DNA of 54,863 nucleotides from positions 1 through 54,863 of IMG/VR virus record IMGVR_UViG_3300048586_000572. One strand, given 5' to 3'. Origin of the DNA: a virus. Its lineage: Duplodnaviria > Caudoviricetes. Positions 1 through 9,286 of this stretch are shown piece after piece. The notes under the pieces are model-generated. The model was not told the DNA's origin. It made no database searches and saw only the letters and a program-made list of their open reading frames with translations. The number at the start of each line of letters is the position of its first letter. Within the stretch, counting starts at the first letter, position 1. A program made the translations under genes and the position numbers.

Positions 1-2
1 AC

Positions 3-404
3 CGCCTGCCGAGCGAGGCGGAGTGGGAATATGCCGCGCGCGGCGGCACGACCACGACCTATCCCTGGGGCGCGACCCTGGTGAAGGAGCGCGCCAACTG
101 CGTCGGCTGCAACGAGCCGACGCGCCGGCAGGCGGTCGAGACCGGGCAGTTCCCGGCCAACGGCTTCGGGCTCTACGACATGGCCGGAAACGCCGCCGAA
201 TGGGTCGCCGACTGCTGGAGCGACAGCTACCGCGCCACCCCGCGCGACGGCAGCGCCTTCACAGCGCCGGGCTGCCGCGAGCGCGTGCTGCGCGGCGGCT
301 CCTTCAACAACGATCCGCGCTATCTGCGCTCCGCCGCCCGCTTCAAATACGAGGCCGATGTGCGCTTCTTCACCAACGGCTTCCGGGTCGTCAGGGAGCC
401 CTAG
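3..404 (+). CDS. Formylglycine-generating enzyme (SUMF1/FGE-sulfatase) family protein, 5'-truncated by window edge (host)
   Basis: Frame open from base 3: RLPSEAEWEYAARGG, NGFGLYDMAGNAAEW, RVLRGGSF, GFRVV are FGE-family motifs. Confidence 0.9.
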   Translation, partial: RLPSEAEWEYAARGGTTTTYPWGATLVKERANCVGCNEPTRRQAVETGQFPANGFGLYDMAGNAAEWVADCWSDSYRATPRDGSAFTAPGCRERVLRGGSFNNDPRYLRSAARFKYEADVRFFTNGFRVVREP

Positions 405-798
405 AACCGGCGTCACGGAACCACAGGCGCAGCGGAATGGGCTGCTCGCCGCCGCAGGCGACGAAGCTGTGGCGCTCCTGCGAGAGCGTGCCGGAGAAAC
501 GGCAGGAGGCGCCCGCCAGCGTCATCTCGGCACTGTAGCGATCACCGCGCAGGGTCAGGCGGATCTGGCCGCTCTTCTCCGGCGTCTCGCCGGGCCCGCA
601 GACGGCGTTGTGCTTCATCAGCAGCGGGCCCGACAGAACCGGTGTCCCAGAACGCCCTGCCCGCTCCTGCGCGAGCGTCACGGTCACATCCCATTCGCCG
701 AGATAGCCGAATTTGCCGACGAGGTCGCGCGCCGGGGCCTCGACCCCGAAACCGATCAGGCCCAGCACGGCCAGACAACCCCGGATCAAGCGCGTCAT
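391..798 (-). CDS. Hypothetical exported protein (host)
   Basis: 135-aa ORF with signal-peptide-like N-terminus and three Cys in the predicted mature region. Confidence 0.65.
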   Translation of the reverse strand: MTRLIRGCLAVLGLIGFGVEAPARDLVGKFGYLGEWDVTVTLAQERAGRSGTPVLSGPLLMKHNAVCGPGETPEKSGQIRLTLRGDRYSAEMTLAGASCRFSGTLSQERHSFVACGGEQPIPLRLWFRDAGSRAP

Positions 799-884
799 GC
801 TCCTCTTGCTGGGGCAAAGCCTAGCATGGCGACGCGATGCGGCAAGGCTTGCGCGAGGCAGCGGCGGACGGACAATGGGGAAAA

Positions 885-934
885 GCTGGAGCGGGTACCG
901 GGAATCGAACCCGGGTATTCAGCTTGGAAGGCTG
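885..934. repeat. att site, left copy (duplicated 3' part of tRNA-Gly)
   Basis: GCTGGAGCGGGTACCGGGAATCGAACCCGGGTATTCAGCTTGGAAGGCTG identical to 52326-52375. Confidence 0.97.
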
Positions 935-1050
935 AAATTCGCTCACCTGCGGTTGGCTCACGGTTAACCGTCACGGCCATTAAGCCCCTGAAAACGCGCC
1001 GAAAGGCTCGATCGCCTGCGATTTGCCGCCTAAGATGATGACGGACAATT

Positions 1051-1073
1051 TCTGGTATCAATCTGGTATCGCG
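1051..1073 (+). promoter_or_regulatory. Putative integrase arm-type binding sites (tandem CTGGTATC)
   Basis: CTGGTATC at 1052 and 1063 (11-bp period); same pair at 52237 and 52248 inside the other end. Confidence 0.7.
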
Positions 1074-1086
1074 GGGCGGCATCGAT

Positions 1087-2616
1087 ATGGCATCTGGATA
1101 TAGCCGAGAGCGGGTCCGCCTGTCGCCAGATCACGTGCGGCGCGGGCTGGCGATGATAGACGCCGGCACCGTGCCCGGGCGTGGACACGAATACGTCTGT
1201 GACAAGCGCACCGGCCTGGTGCTGCGCATCACGCCCACTGCGGCGACGTACTATCTCAAGCTCGAAACGACGACGCTGCGCATCGGCTCTGCAAGCGTCC
1301 TGACACTCGACCAAGCGCGCGATCAGTCCGCTGCGGCCAAGATTGCAGCGAAGCGTGGTAAGCGGCCGCAGGCCGGCTTGGAGGCGTTTGAGGACCTGCT
1401 CGCGGCAGGCATGTCCGAAGTGGACGCATGGGAGATTGCGACGGCACGCGATGGTGCTCCGGATCGGTCTGATGATGAGCATTTGGCAGAGGGTCCGTGG
1501 CGCTGGAAAGACCTCGTCAAAGCCTTCCTGGCGGACAAGGAAGCCAAGCTAAAAGCGCGCTATTTCAAGCTCTACCGCACGTATCTGGAATACTCCGAAT
1601 TCGCGACCATCGCGGAGCGGCCGCTGTCCTCCTTGAAGCTGGGCGACCTCGAAAAGGTCCGCAACCAGATCATGCAGTCGAAGGCAAAATCGGCGGCATG
1701 GAGGAGTGCGCAACAGGTGAAGGAAGCCATCACTTGGTCATGGTCTTTTCACTCCGGTATCAGCGGCCTTCAGGACGTCGAGTATCCATGGTGGTCCCGT
1801 CTCGCGGTCGACTACGCCAGCGGCAAGCGCGAGCATGTTCCGTCGCTTCAGGACCTCGCGAGGACCCTCGTGGTGGCGGAGCTGCACCGCACTCTAGGGT
1901 GGACAGAGCACAAAACCGGCCCCGGCACCCTAGCCGCGTTGTGGGCGGTTATTCTTACCGCACAGCGAACTGGTCCATTGTGTGCGACGCGCCGAGAGCG
2001 GCTGAGGTTTGATCCGGAGCGGCCAGGCTGGAAAGTGGCAGTATGGACAGGTGAAGAGATGAAAGGTGGCCGCAGCGGCGGGCGGGATCACGCGCTGCCG
2101 ATCCCGCCGGCAGCATTGGCGGTGATAGAGCGATACTGGAAAGAAGCCGACGGTGACGGAGAGCCGTCCGAGTACGCCTTCCCTTCAACGCGCGGCGATG
2201 GGCACGTCTCGCAGGGGTCAATCAACCAACTGCTGAACCGCCTCCAGGGAGTTACGAACAGCCAGGCCAAGGCTCGGGAGGGAAAACCTAGCCGGAAGAA
2301 GAAGCCTTTGCCTGCCCGCGTCGACCTGTTCGCTCGCTACGGGATAGAACCATGGGTGCCGCATGATGTGAGGCGGACGTTAAGCACTTTCCTCGAAGAT
2401 CAACGGCTTGGCGGCGCCGGTTCGGCTATCCTAGCGCACAGGCCGCCGAAAACAGAGGACGAGCGCGAAAAGGTCGAGACGGTGACCCGTCTTCACTATG
2501 CAAAATCTCAGCGGCTCGGCCTGAAAGCGGAAGGCATAACTGTATGGGTCAAGGCCGTATTGGAGGCTTATGAAACCGAGAAGGCCAGAATGGCGGGTAT
2601 CAAGTCGGCGGCGTAG
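1087..2616 (+). CDS. int: Tyrosine recombinase / phage integrase
   Basis: N-terminal arm-binding-like domain (GLVLRIT), TAQR, HDVRRT, ILAH, terminal HY catalytic pattern; next to att. Confidence 0.92.
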   Translation: MASGYSRERVRLSPDHVRRGLAMIDAGTVPGRGHEYVCDKRTGLVLRITPTAATYYLKLETTTLRIGSASVLTLDQARDQSAAAKIAAKRGKRPQAGLEAFEDLLAAGMSEVDAWEIATARDGAPDRSDDEHLAEGPWRWKDLVKAFLADKEAKLKARYFKLYRTYLEYSEFATIAERPLSSLKLGDLEKVRNQIMQSKAKSAAWRSAQQVKEAITWSWSFHSGISGLQDVEYPWWSRLAVDYASGKREHVPSLQDLARTLVVAELHRTLGWTEHKTGPGTLAALWAVILTAQRTGPLCATRRERLRFDPERPGWKVAVWTGEEMKGGRSGGRDHALPIPPAALAVIERYWKEADGDGEPSEYAFPSTRGDGHVSQGSINQLLNRLQGVTNSQAKAREGKPSRKKKPLPARVDLFARYGIEPWVPHDVRRTLSTFLEDQRLGGAGSAILAHRPPKTEDEREKVETVTRLHYAKSQRLGLKAEGITVWVKAVLEAYETEKARMAGIKSAA

Positions 2617-2745
2617 CGCCCAGCTGAGTTGGCTTGCTGGCAGCTCCTGAAGGCCGTAGCAATTGGAGGATATCGAATCGCTGTGAACTGCGTCGACTGA
2701 TGCATCGTCGGTCTAGGGTTCGCTAGCATTGACCGGGCGCCCTCA

Positions 2746-4410
2746 ATGCCGAAATACATCGCTCTCGATGCAGTAGAGTGGGCGGTGTCCCAGCTGAAAA
2801 ATAGCTGTAACGGCATCTTCGTGGATTTTCTGATCCTGAAGCGTGAGGGGCTGGATGTCGGCAATCCCGTCACGATAACTACCAAGTCCACCCTCCCCTC
2901 AGCGAAACGCCTGATGGGTATTCACCATGCAGACGGCAGCGTGGTTGACGACGATCACGTCTTCTTCAACCCCATCATGATCGGATGGCGGCATCTGGGT
3001 TACCCAAGGTCCGGGACCTATTCCACGCTGGATCGCAACAAGGCCTTTGCAAAGATCTTCGACATTCAAAGGCCCGGCGTCGGCATGCAGCTGACGCCGC
3101 GACCGGATTACTTGACGCAGGTGCAAGAAGGCCTGCGCCGCTCGAAGTCCCATCCGCTGAACGTCAACTTGAACGCCCTTGCGATCTGGAGCGCTCGTTA
3201 CGACGAGTTCCCGGACACTGCGACCCTGGACGATGTCGTCGATCGGTTCGTGGCCGAATATCACATTTCGACGGCAGAGATGGCCCTGTTCAACCGATCG
3301 GAAGAGCCGCCGGTCCCGTTCACCGATCAGCCGCTCGACGCCGACGATCTGATTGCGCTTCTCACGTCGCTGTCGCCCATGGTGGTCACAGCGCCAGGCT
3401 CGGGCGAGGTTGAGATCGAGACCGTCATCGAGGACCTGCCGGAAGACCTGATCGAGTTCCTGCGCGGCCGCCTGCTGATACCAACCGGCCTGCTCAGGCA
3501 AGTCGTCACGCTGATCCGCGCCGGCAAGCACGTCATCCTGACGGGTCCGCCTGGCACAGGGAAATCCACGGTGGCGTCGCAACTGGCAGCTGCCAGCTCG
3601 CGGTTCTCGGGCGCCTTCGCGCTACCGGCTTCCGCCGGTTCGACGTTCACGACCGCGACCGCGGACTGGAGCACTTTCGACACGATGGGCGGTTACACGC
3701 CCGGTCCCGATGGTGAACTCAAGTTTCAGGAAGGCCTCTTCCTACAGACGCTGCGAGAGAACAAATGGCTCATCATCGACGAGTTGAACCGCGCGGACGT
3801 CGATAAGGCCTTCGGGCAATTCTTCACGGTCCTCTCCGGCCACAGCGTGGTGACCTCCTTCAAGGCAGGCGACAACAACGTCTCCGTCTCCTGCGATCGC
3901 AACGTCGCGGAGAGCAGTCACGACGCGTCCACCGCGACCTACACGGTAGGGTCGGACTGGCGTGTCATCGCGACGATGAACACCTTCGATCGGAACCAGC
4001 TTTTCCAGCTGTCGTCCGCGTTCGTGCGGCGCTGGGCAATCGTGCACCTGGGCGTGCCGCCGCTGACGGAGCTCCAAAGCTGGATAGGCGAGAGGGATCT
4101 GAGTGCCCCGCATCTCGCCATGATCCAGGGCTTCATGGCGGTGCTCGACGAACTTCGTCCGCTCGGACCGGCGATATGGGGCGACCTGGCCGATTACCTT
4201 GAGATGCGAAGCACTCACTCGTTCGAGGGCGAAACACCTGAGAATGCTAGGGACGCCGCGTTCGTCGAGGCCGTGACGACGTACGTTCTGCCCCAGCTCG
4301 ACGGCCTCAACCACGAGGACCTCGGTCAGATCCAAGCGCGGCTCATCGAGCTCATCTCGGCTGAGAGCGAAAAGGACCGCGTCAGACGTACCTTCAAAGA
4401 GATGCTCTGA
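2746..4410 (+). CDS. McrB-like AAA+ NTPase restriction subunit with unrecognised N-terminal domain
   Basis: Walker A GPPGTGKS, Walker B IIDELNRAD, McrB-type MNTFDR motif, AFVRRW. Confidence 0.85.
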   Translation: MPKYIALDAVEWAVSQLKNSCNGIFVDFLILKREGLDVGNPVTITTKSTLPSAKRLMGIHHADGSVVDDDHVFFNPIMIGWRHLGYPRSGTYSTLDRNKAFAKIFDIQRPGVGMQLTPRPDYLTQVQEGLRRSKSHPLNVNLNALAIWSARYDEFPDTATLDDVVDRFVAEYHISTAEMALFNRSEEPPVPFTDQPLDADDLIALLTSLSPMVVTAPGSGEVEIETVIEDLPEDLIEFLRGRLLIPTGLLRQVVTLIRAGKHVILTGPPGTGKSTVASQLAAASSRFSGAFALPASAGSTFTTATADWSTFDTMGGYTPGPDGELKFQEGLFLQTLRENKWLIIDELNRADVDKAFGQFFTVLSGHSVVTSFKAGDNNVSVSCDRNVAESSHDASTATYTVGSDWRVIATMNTFDRNQLFQLSSAFVRRWAIVHLGVPPLTELQSWIGERDLSAPHLAMIQGFMAVLDELRPLGPAIWGDLADYLEMRSTHSFEGETPENARDAAFVEAVTTYVLPQLDGLNHEDLGQIQARLIELISAESEKDRVRRTFKEML

Positions 4411-4413
4411 CGC

Positions 4414-5628
4414 ATGTGGTCGGACGCGGAGATAGAGTCGGTCCTCGCTGACGTCTCCGGGCTCGGCTGGCTCGTCCTGAAGCGGTTCTCCGCCGCCTAC
4501 CGGCCGTCAGACATAATCGCGGCGTTCGCCACACTTCCGAAGCGGGAATTTGATCTTCTCCGGCGCCTCCATTTCGGTCTCAGCGAGATGGCTGGCGCGT
4601 TTCTGACCGTCCATGTACCGAATTTCCTCCGGTTTACCCCGTCGTCGACGGAGCACGTCGTCGAGGATCGGGCGGGCCCGCCTCGCGCCAGGATCGACTG
4701 GGCTCGGACGCTTGCCCGCCGCAGCCAATCCGGATTTGACGCCGGCCGGTTCGTGACGCGTCCCGTCGAGCGCACGAGCGACAGCTCCGCGGCCCGCCTC
4801 GTGGGCTACATGGCAAGATTGATTGCCGAGAACGCGGATCGCCTGAAGGGCGCGAAGATCCCCCAAGCGGCGGCGCATGAGATCGAGGAGCTCGGTCGCC
4901 TGGCGACGCGACAACTGGGCATTCTCCAGGGCCGAGGCGTGCGCGTTCCGAGCAAGCTGACGGGCCGGGAAGTCGCTCATCTCCGGCGGACGTCCCGTGA
5001 GGACGTGCGATCGGCAATCCTGCTGTTCGACCTCCACGTTCAGCTGATGGAGAACGCCAACGAAAACATCCTGCGCGATCTGCTGAAACGGCGGCACATG
5101 GCGCCGGAGAACCTCGACGACCTGTTCGAGGTCTGGGGTTTGCTCACCTTCGTCCAGCTGCATCTCGAAGAGGGTTGGATACTCCAGCAAGCGCATCTCA
5201 TCGGCGGTGATCATGACCCCAAGCGGCCGCGCTTCACGCTCGAAAAGGATGGGGCGGCGGCTGAGATCTTCTTCCAGACCGTGCCTGCCGAGATGGTGAA
5301 GGTCAGCACCTACAAGGAGCTGTTCGCCAACTACGACCTCCCGGTTGCGATCCGGCGCCCCGACATCAGCCTCAAGCTGACGGTGGATGAGCAGCCGCGA
5401 CACATGATCGTCGAAGTCAAGCGTACCTCGGACCCCGGCTACATCACGGACAGCGTCTACAAGACGATCGGTTACATCTCGGACTTCAAGCGTGCCCTCG
5501 GACCCGGCACGCCGCTGGCCATCCTTCTCGTCTGGGAAGGCGTCTCACCGATAAACGATGACGCCGCGACGATGCCCCTCGTCATTAAGACGGCGGAGCA
5601 ATTCAGGTCGATGAAGCTGCCTTACTGA
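4414..5628 (+). CDS. McrC-like PD-(D/E)XK nuclease subunit
   Basis: RIDWARTL, LFEVW, RPDI...IVEVK motifs; 3 bp downstream of McrB-like gene. Confidence 0.75.
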   Translation: MWSDAEIESVLADVSGLGWLVLKRFSAAYRPSDIIAAFATLPKREFDLLRRLHFGLSEMAGAFLTVHVPNFLRFTPSSTEHVVEDRAGPPRARIDWARTLARRSQSGFDAGRFVTRPVERTSDSSAARLVGYMARLIAENADRLKGAKIPQAAAHEIEELGRLATRQLGILQGRGVRVPSKLTGREVAHLRRTSREDVRSAILLFDLHVQLMENANENILRDLLKRRHMAPENLDDLFEVWGLLTFVQLHLEEGWILQQAHLIGGDHDPKRPRFTLEKDGAAAEIFFQTVPAEMVKVSTYKELFANYDLPVAIRRPDISLKLTVDEQPRHMIVEVKRTSDPGYITDSVYKTIGYISDFKRALGPGTPLAILLVWEGVSPINDDAATMPLVIKTAEQFRSMKLPY

Positions 5629-6931
5629 GCTTTCTGGCTTTTGCCGGCGTTACCGACGGCTGCCTGAGTTTCGAGAGCTTCCCGTTCGCCAGGGCCACGT
5701 ATTCCTGCGAGACATCGAAGCCGATGAACCGGCGCCCCAACTTCTCGGCGGCGATGCCGGTGGTCCCCGATCCGGCGAAGGGATCGAGCACGGTGGCCCC
5801 CTCCGGCGTGGAGAGCGATATGCAGCGACCGGGAAGCGCGAGCGGAAACTGCGCACCATGGCCGGCACCGCCACTCGATGTCGGCAGATGCCAGACGTCG
5901 GTGACCTGGTCCTGCTCGTCGACGGCATTCCTGCCTCCGAGTGCCGTGGGTGTGGTCCTAAAGGCGGCCTTCTCGAAGTAAGGTGCGCGGACCTTCGATA
6001 GATGGATGATCTGCTCCACCGACCTGGTAACACGCGAGAGCGTCGGCTCAGGCAGCGAACCATCCTTGCGCCAAGAGATCATCGATTTGACGAGGTAGCC
6101 GAGCCGGCTTGCGCGCTCAGCGATGCGGTGCGGGATCAGGCACTGCTCGCCATCCGACAGGTAGGCGTGACCGGCGCTGTAGCGGCGGCAATTTTGCTGG
6201 GTCCACTTGCGGGGATCCAGCCCCTTCATCGCCTTCAGGGTCTCGCTGGCGTTACCTCTGATCTGGGTGCGGGTGTTGAACGTGTCGCCCACGTTCCACC
6301 AAATGGAGCCAGTGGACGCAAGCTTCGGCATGAGCAGGTAGAGGATTTCGGTCGTGTGGCGAACGAAACCTTCTGGGGTCTGCTCATGACCCAGTGGACA
6401 TACTTCACCATCTGCCCACTCGACCGGCTTAGGGACGCCATAGATGCGAACTGCCCAGTAAGGAGTCGAGGTGACGACGCAATCGATGCTCTCGTCCTGA
6501 AGCGACGGGATCAGCTTGTGGGCATCGCCGCAGATGACGTTGCCGACCGACAGTGGCTGCGTGGTGAGCTCACGAAGGCCGCGGCGGGAGGCAAGCCTCT
6601 CGAAGTATGCGCCGATCCTGCTGCGAGGGACGAAAGTCTCGGCGGCATCGTCGAGCATGAGGAGCCGCTCGATATCAGAGAAGGTCAGGTTTGACCTCGT
6701 TCCAAGGACCCGGCGAATGAAGGAAGGCTGAAGGCCTAGGACTGGTGCGACCTCGGCCAGGGAAAACGTGGCCTGAGACTTCGGCGCGTCGGTCCATCCG
6801 AGAACCGAGCTTCGAGGGTGTACGTCAGGCCAACCAGCGATAGAGTTGCGTACTGACTTAGTCATCCGAAAACCAACCCCGAATTGGGCAGGCGCCACAC
6901 TGTTGAGCGGCTTCCGCCGGCCCGACGGCAC
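5603..6931 (-). CDS. Amino (N4-C/N6-A) DNA methyltransferase, beta class, with N-terminal extension (start uncertain)
   Basis: VTSTPYW catalytic motif precedes HGAQFP and VLDPFAGSGTT SAM motif. Confidence 0.88.
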   Translation of the reverse strand: MPSGRRKPLNSVAPAQFGVGFRMTKSVRNSIAGWPDVHPRSSVLGWTDAPKSQATFSLAEVAPVLGLQPSFIRRVLGTRSNLTFSDIERLLMLDDAAETFVPRSRIGAYFERLASRRGLRELTTQPLSVGNVICGDAHKLIPSLQDESIDCVVTSTPYWAVRIYGVPKPVEWADGEVCPLGHEQTPEGFVRHTTEILYLLMPKLASTGSIWWNVGDTFNTRTQIRGNASETLKAMKGLDPRKWTQQNCRRYSAGHAYLSDGEQCLIPHRIAERASRLGYLVKSMISWRKDGSLPEPTLSRVTRSVEQIIHLSKVRAPYFEKAAFRTTPTALGGRNAVDEQDQVTDVWHLPTSSGGAGHGAQFPLALPGRCISLSTPEGATVLDPFAGSGTTGIAAEKLGRRFIGFDVSQEYVALANGKLSKLRQPSVTPAKARKLSKAASST

Positions 6932-6997
6932 ACTAGCTAGCCTACCGAAACATACTCATACACTGTCGCCTCGATTCGAGAAGAAAGACACGTTTGT

Positions 6998-7267
6998 ATG
7001 GTGAATACAAGACCCGGTCTTGTGGTTCGAGTTCGCCTTCGCGAGGCCATGGAAGATTACCGTCGGCGGTCGGGGCAGACGGTCACCTATGTCGAGCTCG
7101 CTGAAAAAACCGGACTGTCGCGGGCCACACTGGAATCGCTTGGATCACGGGCATACAACACACGCCTGAGCACGATCGCGGCGCTGTGTAACGTTCTTGG
7201 ATGTGGCTTATCAGACCTGCTTGAATTGGTTCCAGGCGAAGGCACAGGCGTTGCTGAAACACCTTAG
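6998..7267 (+). CDS. XRE/Cro-C1 helix-turn-helix regulator
   Basis: ELAEKTGLSRATLESL...TRLSTIAALCNVLGCGLSDL; divergent from the methyltransferase. Confidence 0.85.
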   Translation: MVNTRPGLVVRVRLREAMEDYRRRSGQTVTYVELAEKTGLSRATLESLGSRAYNTRLSTIAALCNVLGCGLSDLLELVPGEGTGVAETP

Positions 7268-8301
7268 GCGGCCGCCGCCGTCTGATCGCGCTCATACTCT
7301 TCGATGCGCTCTCCCACCCATCGGATCACAGGCACCGTCATGCTGTTGCCGAGGACCTCGGTTTGGAGGTCGTAGGTCGCTGCCGGGATGTCGGTCCAGC
7401 CGTCCGGAAAACCCTGGAGCCTCTCGCGCTCGACCGTGAGATACTTGCGCGGGAAGCCGTCCTGGAGGACACCGACGTCTACTTTAGGCCCGTCACGTGC
7501 AAGGATTGTTGCCGCTACGTCGGAAACATATCCTTGGCTTCCGTTGAACGACCAGGCCTTGGGCCGCGAGTGCCAGACACCTTCTTCGGCGGCAGCGGCA
7601 ACCAGTCTCCGCTCCACTTCAGACAGCTCGCTGTCCTCAAGATGGCGTTCGTCAAAGCCACGACGTCGCGACCGCCGTGCTTCCTCATCATCGTGGCGAG
7701 AACGCCCGGGCTCAAAAAGTACTCGGGCGGGATCTCGGTCTCCAAAACCGACCACAACGTAGACGCGCTCGCGTCGTTGGGGCACGCCGAAAAATTGACT
7801 GTCGAGAACGCGCCATGCTGCTCGGGCCCGGGGTCCGGCAACCAAACCTGCGTTAGGCCACCATCCGCGCTCGTGTGGACTAGCGAGGGGCTCGTCGGCT
7901 CCGACCAGTGCGCCGATGAAGCCTCCGAAGGCGTTGTCTTTTGTCTGGAGGACGCCAGGGACGTTTTCCCACACGGCGTATCGAAGAGATTGAGCTGCAA
8001 GGCCATGCACAAGGTCCACATATGCGAGCGTGAGGCGACCCCGCGGGTCGTCGAGCGAGCGGCGCTTACCGGTGGTTGAGAACGCTTGGCAGGGCGTCCC
8101 GCCCACAAGCACGTCGACGTGCGGAAGCGTAGCAGGGTTCATTGCGGTGAAGTCACCGTACAGGGGAACCGCCGGGAACCTCGTTTCGAGAACCGCCCGG
8201 GGGAACGGCGCAATCTCCGAATACCACTGAGCCCTCCAGCCGAGCGGCTCCCATGCCACGCTCGCCGCTTCGATGCCGCTGCAGATCGATCCGAACCTCA
8301 T
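7264..8301 (-). CDS. C5-cytosine DNA methyltransferase
   Basis: CSGIEA (motif I variant), GGTPCQAFS, WENVPG, PQRRERVY, ERLQGFP, LGNS. Confidence 0.92.
   Translation of the reverse strand: MRFGSICSGIEAASVAWEPLGWRAQWYSEIAPFPRAVLETRFPAVPLYGDFTAMNPATLPHVDVLVGGTPCQAFSTTGKRRSLDDPRGRLTLAYVDLVHGLAAQSLRYAVWENVPGVLQTKDNAFGGFIGALVGADEPLASPHERGWWPNAGLVAGPRARAAWRVLDSQFFGVPQRRERVYVVVGFGDRDPARVLFEPGRSRHDDEEARRSRRRGFDERHLEDSELSEVERRLVAAAAEEGVWHSRPKAWSFNGSQGYVSDVAATILARDGPKVDVGVLQDGFPRKYLTVERERLQGFPDGWTDIPAATYDLQTEVLGNSMTVPVIRWVGERIEEYERDQTAAAA
7515..8021 (-). CDS. Alternative-frame ORF nested in the C5-MTase gene (possible second polypeptide)
   Basis: Same-strand open frame reading like protein (STLWSVLETEIPPEYFLSP); start uncertain (8108, 8021 or 8006). 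Confidence 0.55.
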   Translation of the reverse strand: MWTLCMALQLNLFDTPCGKTSLASSRQKTTPSEASSAHWSEPTSPSLVHTSADGGLTQVWLPDPGPEQHGAFSTVNFSACPNDASASTLWSVLETEIPPEYFLSPGVLATMMRKHGGRDVVALTNAILRTASCLKWSGDWLPLPPKKVSGTRGPRPGRSTEAKDMFPT

Positions 8302-8378
8302 GATCCAGCCATGGCACTATCCGCTGAACATGCCGCTGTCCGGATCGCTGGCATTTGAACAATCCGGCAGCGGCGGGT

Positions 8379-8951
8379 TCAATGGCAGGTGACGTTGACG
8401 GGCACGGCGGCGCCGCGAGGGCCGCGCGACATTCCCCGCCCCAGGCCCTTGGCCTCCAATCCGGCCTTAGTGGCGGCTGATTTCTCCGCCTTCGACAGCG
8501 TCGGCGGCGTCACGCCCGCTTGCTTGTGCGCGGCGTAGACGCGGCTTTCGGGGATTTCGAGCGCGCGCGCGGCGCGGATCACGCTGCTCAGCTCGGCGGT
8601 CACCGCGACGATCCTGTCGCGCTCCTCATCCTCGACCGTCTTAAGCGTGCCTTCGAGCCGGCGGCCGTCGCAAATCCATTGCGTGATCGTGCCTCGTGAG
8701 CGCATGGACCAGCGCTCACAAGCGGCGTGGAAGCCCATCATCCTCGCGATCTTGAGGACGAATGCCGGGTCGGGCGTCTCATAGACGTCTGCGGTCAGAG
8801 ACGGCCTGTCGGCCGCCCGGCCGTCGGGGATGTCGTAGTCGGTCTCGTCCTCGAACGTCTCGCCGGCGATCGTGATGTAACCGGGCTGGCGGCGGACTGA
8901 GACAAAACCGGTGGGGACAAAAAGAGGGGCGGTGTCTGTCGGGATCTGCAT
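8379..8951 (-). CDS. Hypothetical protein, possibly DNA-binding
   Basis: ~190-aa ORF with phage-like codon usage; HTH-like segments. Confidence 0.6.
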   Translation of the reverse strand: MQIPTDTAPLFVPTGFVSVRRQPGYITIAGETFEDETDYDIPDGRAADRPSLTADVYETPDPAFVLKIARMMGFHAACERWSMRSRGTITQWICDGRRLEGTLKTVEDEERDRIVAVTAELSSVIRAARALEIPESRVYAAHKQAGVTPPTLSKAEKSAATKAGLEAKGLGRGMSRGPRGAAVPVNVTCH

Positions 8952-9243
8952 GTGAGTGCGTCCATCTGAGCGGCCGGGATTGACCGCGTCGACGACTGAT
9001 GATGCCACTGGCGATCCGCATTACCAGGGCACCCGGCCGCGCAAGGGGCCCGGAACGGGGCTGTTTTGGCCTCTTCCGGAGGGGGGTCTACAGAGCGAAA
9101 ACGACCCTCGTTAACCATCCCGAAAAACATTTTTTCAACGCCCATGTCGGAGCGGTCCACAGCCGCGCTTTTGGCCGTCCGGAGCCAAAATCATGGTTAG
9201 CGATTCGTTACCGATTCGCTGCTGCCAACACCGACGATTGGCG

Positions 9244-9263
9244 TTTCGGCATTGCCGGATGCC
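9244..9263 (+). promoter_or_regulatory. Late-type motif A, copy 1
   Basis: TTTCGGCATTGCCGGATGCC, two mismatches to consensus, ends 24 bp before ATG 9287. Confidence 0.65.
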
Positions 9264-9286
9264 TCGCCAGCCGATCCGATCGCGTG

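Noticed and set aside
885-934. Second tRNA-Gly gene
   Set aside because: Only the 3' portion is present; D-arm and 5' acceptor strand are missing, so it is the att duplication
9132-9146. 15-bp exact match TTTTCAACGCCCATG with 47656-47670
   Set aside because: A few 15-mer matches are expected by chance in 55 kb and the contexts share nothing else
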